Assembly (NCBI GenBank): GCA_038203565.1
Contig: JBBRDV010000052.1
Location: 1-10,082 of the forward strand
Length of the DNA: 10,082 nt
Direction: 5' to 3'
Source of the DNA: Atribacterota bacterium
GTDB taxonomy: Bacteria; Atribacterota; Phoenicimicrobiia; Phoenicimicrobiales; Phoenicimicrobiaceae
Shown here: in pieces, positions 8,184 through 10,082 of the stretch
How positions within the stretch are numbered: position 1 is the stretch's first letter
Layout: each line of letters begins with the position of its first letter
Program-made: the position numbers and the translations under genes
The notes under the pieces: model-generated
Told to the model about the DNA's origin: nothing
The model's input: only the letters and a program-made list of their open reading frames with translations
Databases searched by the model: none

Positions 8184-8618
8184 GAAACCCTTATTATACA
8201 AGGCTTTCCTGAGCATGACAGGAGGCGGTTTTGTGATTAAAAAGGAGAAAAATAGAGGAACAGGAAAGTTTATTTAGCCAAGTAAAGGATATATAGAATT
8301 AGAGGATTATCAGTTTTTGTAGCAAAAAACAGTAGAGCTCTAAAATGTAGAAAACATAAGGGTTTCCGCGTTTTTTTGTTATATAGGATGTTGGCGAAAC
8401 TTCTAAAATACGAAGAAAATAAGACAAAAAGGGCTAAAAACGCTATTTTTAGGAGCTTGAAAGCCTTGCAAAATAAGGGTTTCAACGAAATATCGCCGTA
8501 GCTGCGTTTCTTGAGGTTGCCTGGAGTGATTTGTCCTATTTTTTAAAATAGGCGCTTAAAAGGGCTTAGAATAGCTTATTTTCGATGTAAGTGGAAAGCC
8601 TTATTTTATAAGGGTTTG
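8184..8618. repeat. Array of 25-bp imperfect palindromes GAAAGCCTT-N7-AAGGGTTT(C/G)
   Basis: 8184-8208 GAAACCCTTATTATACAAGGCTTTC (inverted copy); 8459-8483 GAAAGCCTTGCAAAATAAGGGTTTC; 8594-8618 GAAAGCCTTATTTTATAAGGGTTTG; half copy ATAAGGGTTTC at 8356-8366. Confidence 0.85.
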
Positions 8619-8790
8619 AGTGAGGTTAAATTTGAAAGTATTATAAAAAAAGAAGGATTTTAAGAGTTTTGTAGAATAGGTATAAACAGTATTATAATTA
8701 AAAAGATAATTTACGATTTCAAAGCAATATATAGAAGAAAAAAGTAATAGAATTTTATTAATAATAAAGGGAGGCAGGTCAAGTATTTAT

Positions 8791-8819
8791 TTGACTTGAT
8801 CAAAGATCTTATCTATAAT
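8791..8819 (+). promoter_or_regulatory. Sigma70/SigA-type promoter for the aldo/keto reductase unit
   Basis: TTGACT (8791-8796), 17-nt spacer, TATAAT (8814-8819); AT-rich sequence upstream. Confidence 0.75.
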
Positions 8820-8964
8820 TTAGCAAACTTCTTATTTGAATATAACCAATTAAGAAGAAAAAAAGGGAATTGCTTATCAGACCCCTTACGAAAAGTTAGA
8901 AAAAGTTACCAAATTATTGAGTTAGTACATTAATTTAACTTAAAAAGAAAGGAATTTAAAAAAT

Positions 8965-9915
8965 ATGAAAAAATGTTCTTTAGGAAAAACCGGAATCAAA
9001 GTAACTGAGTTATGTTTTGGTGCGTTACCCATAGGACCTTTGCAGGCAAATATATCTGTGGAAAAAGGGGCAAAACTCATTCGTACTGCTTTGGAAAGGG
9101 GAATAAATTTTATCGATACTGCCGAGGTATATCAAACCTATCCCCATATTAAAAAGGCTTTAGAAGGGTATAAAGGAGAAGTCATTATTGGAACCAAGTC
9201 TCATGCCGAAACCTATACAGAAATGGAAAAAAGCATACAATATGCACTTGAATCTCTTGATCGTGATTATATAGATATTTTTCTTTTACATGCAGCAAAA
9301 ACTACTCCTTCAGTTTTTGAAGAGAGGTCGGGGGCATTACAATGTTTGAAAGATTATAAATCAAAGGAAATGATTCGGGCAATCGGAATTTCAACCCATA
9401 TGGTAGGGATCGTTAAGCGGGCAACAGAAATTAAAGAAATCGATATTATATTTCCGATTATTAATAAACTCGGTATGGGTATTGTTGATGGCAGTGTTGA
9501 TGATATGGTTAAAGCCATTTCAGAGGCCTATAAGGCGGGGAAAGGCTTATATGCTATGAAGGCCTTGGCCGGAGGACATTTGATTGATCAATTAGAAGAA
9601 TCTTTTAATTTCGTTAGAAATATTAAAGGTATTAGTTCCATAGCAGTTGGCATGGTTAATCAAGAAGAATTAGAACTAAATTTAAAAATATTTAATGATG
9701 AAGAAATTCCTAAAGGGTTATTCACTCAAAAAATAAAACCTAAGAAGAAATTATTTATTTCCACTTTTTGTAAAGGTTGTGGCACCTGTGTTAAAACTTG
9801 TCCTAATAATGCTTTATCCTTAGAAAATGGAAAAGCGGTGGTTGACCATAGTTTATGCATTTTGTGCGGTTATTGTAACCCGGTATGCCCTGAATTTGCC
9901 ATTAGATTGATTTAA
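8965..9915 (+). CDS. Aldo/keto reductase with C-terminal 2x[4Fe-4S] ferredoxin domain
   Basis: LGKTGIKVTELCFG, GINFIDTAEVY (Asp/Tyr), IGTK (Lys), DYIDIFLLH (His), AMKALAGG; CKGCGTCVKTCP and CILCGYCNPVCP. GAAAGGA SD upstream. Confidence 0.92.
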   Translation: MKKCSLGKTGIKVTELCFGALPIGPLQANISVEKGAKLIRTALERGINFIDTAEVYQTYPHIKKALEGYKGEVIIGTKSHAETYTEMEKSIQYALESLDRDYIDIFLLHAAKTTPSVFEERSGALQCLKDYKSKEMIRAIGISTHMVGIVKRATEIKEIDIIFPIINKLGMGIVDGSVDDMVKAISEAYKAGKGLYAMKALAGGHLIDQLEESFNFVRNIKGISSIAVGMVNQEELELNLKIFNDEEIPKGLFTQKIKPKKKLFISTFCKGCGTCVKTCPNNALSLENGKAVVDHSLCILCGYCNPVCPEFAIRLI

Positions 9916-9957
9916 GCATCCCAGGTAAAAAAATTTTAAAAGCAAGGAGTAGGAGAA

Positions 9958-10082
9958 ATGAAGGATCAGGAAAGTTCGAGAGTTTTAAAAGATGCCATTA
10001 TAGATGTGCCGGGGATAAAAGTAGGACACAGTCAGGATTTAAAAGCCGGGACTGGCTGTACAGTGATTATCTGTGAAAAGGG
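9958..10082 (+). CDS. P1 (S58) family peptidase, DmpA-like (3'-partial)
   Basis: Not in the ORF track. Manual translation MKDQESSRVLKDAIIDVPGIKVGHSQDLKAGTGCTVIICEK matches the family's N-terminal I.DVPG..VGH...TGCTV signature. AAGGAG at 9944-9949; runs off the window end. Confidence 0.8.
   Translation, partial: MKDQESSRVLKDAIIDVPGIKVGHSQDLKAGTGCTVIICEK

Noticed and set aside
8270..8485. 71-aa minus-strand ORF (MKPLFCKAF...)
   Set aside because: TTG start inside the palindrome array, low-complexity F/L/K composition and no recognisable motif; likely a by-product of the repeats.
8184..8618. Possible CRISPR array
   Set aside because: Mixed orientation, degenerate copies, spacing over 90 nt and no cas genes in the window.

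Overview
Bacterial window with every supported gene on the + strand. 1-2553: 3' part of a Ugp-like (CUT1) ABC importer operon (partial solute-binding protein, two permeases; no ATPase in the window), followed by a DUF89/ARMT1-like metal-dependent phosphatase (2577-3470). Only 2 nt after its stop lies a decayed type I restriction-modification cassette: no hsdM, an apparently 5'-truncated hsdS, an intact RhuM-family gene, and an hsdR pseudogene (nuclease domain missing in frame, 1-nt frameshift, internal stop with a probable second deletion). The rhuM-like gene contains a perfect 27-bp DNA palindrome that encodes the segment just after its predicted HTH, the most striking unexplained signal here. 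An AT-rich ~930-bp intergenic region carries three full and one partial copy of a 25-bp imperfect palindrome and a near-consensus sigma70 promoter. It is followed by an aldo/keto reductase with a 2x[4Fe-4S] domain and the start of a P1/DmpA-like peptidase. Family calls come from motif recognition; no searches were run.
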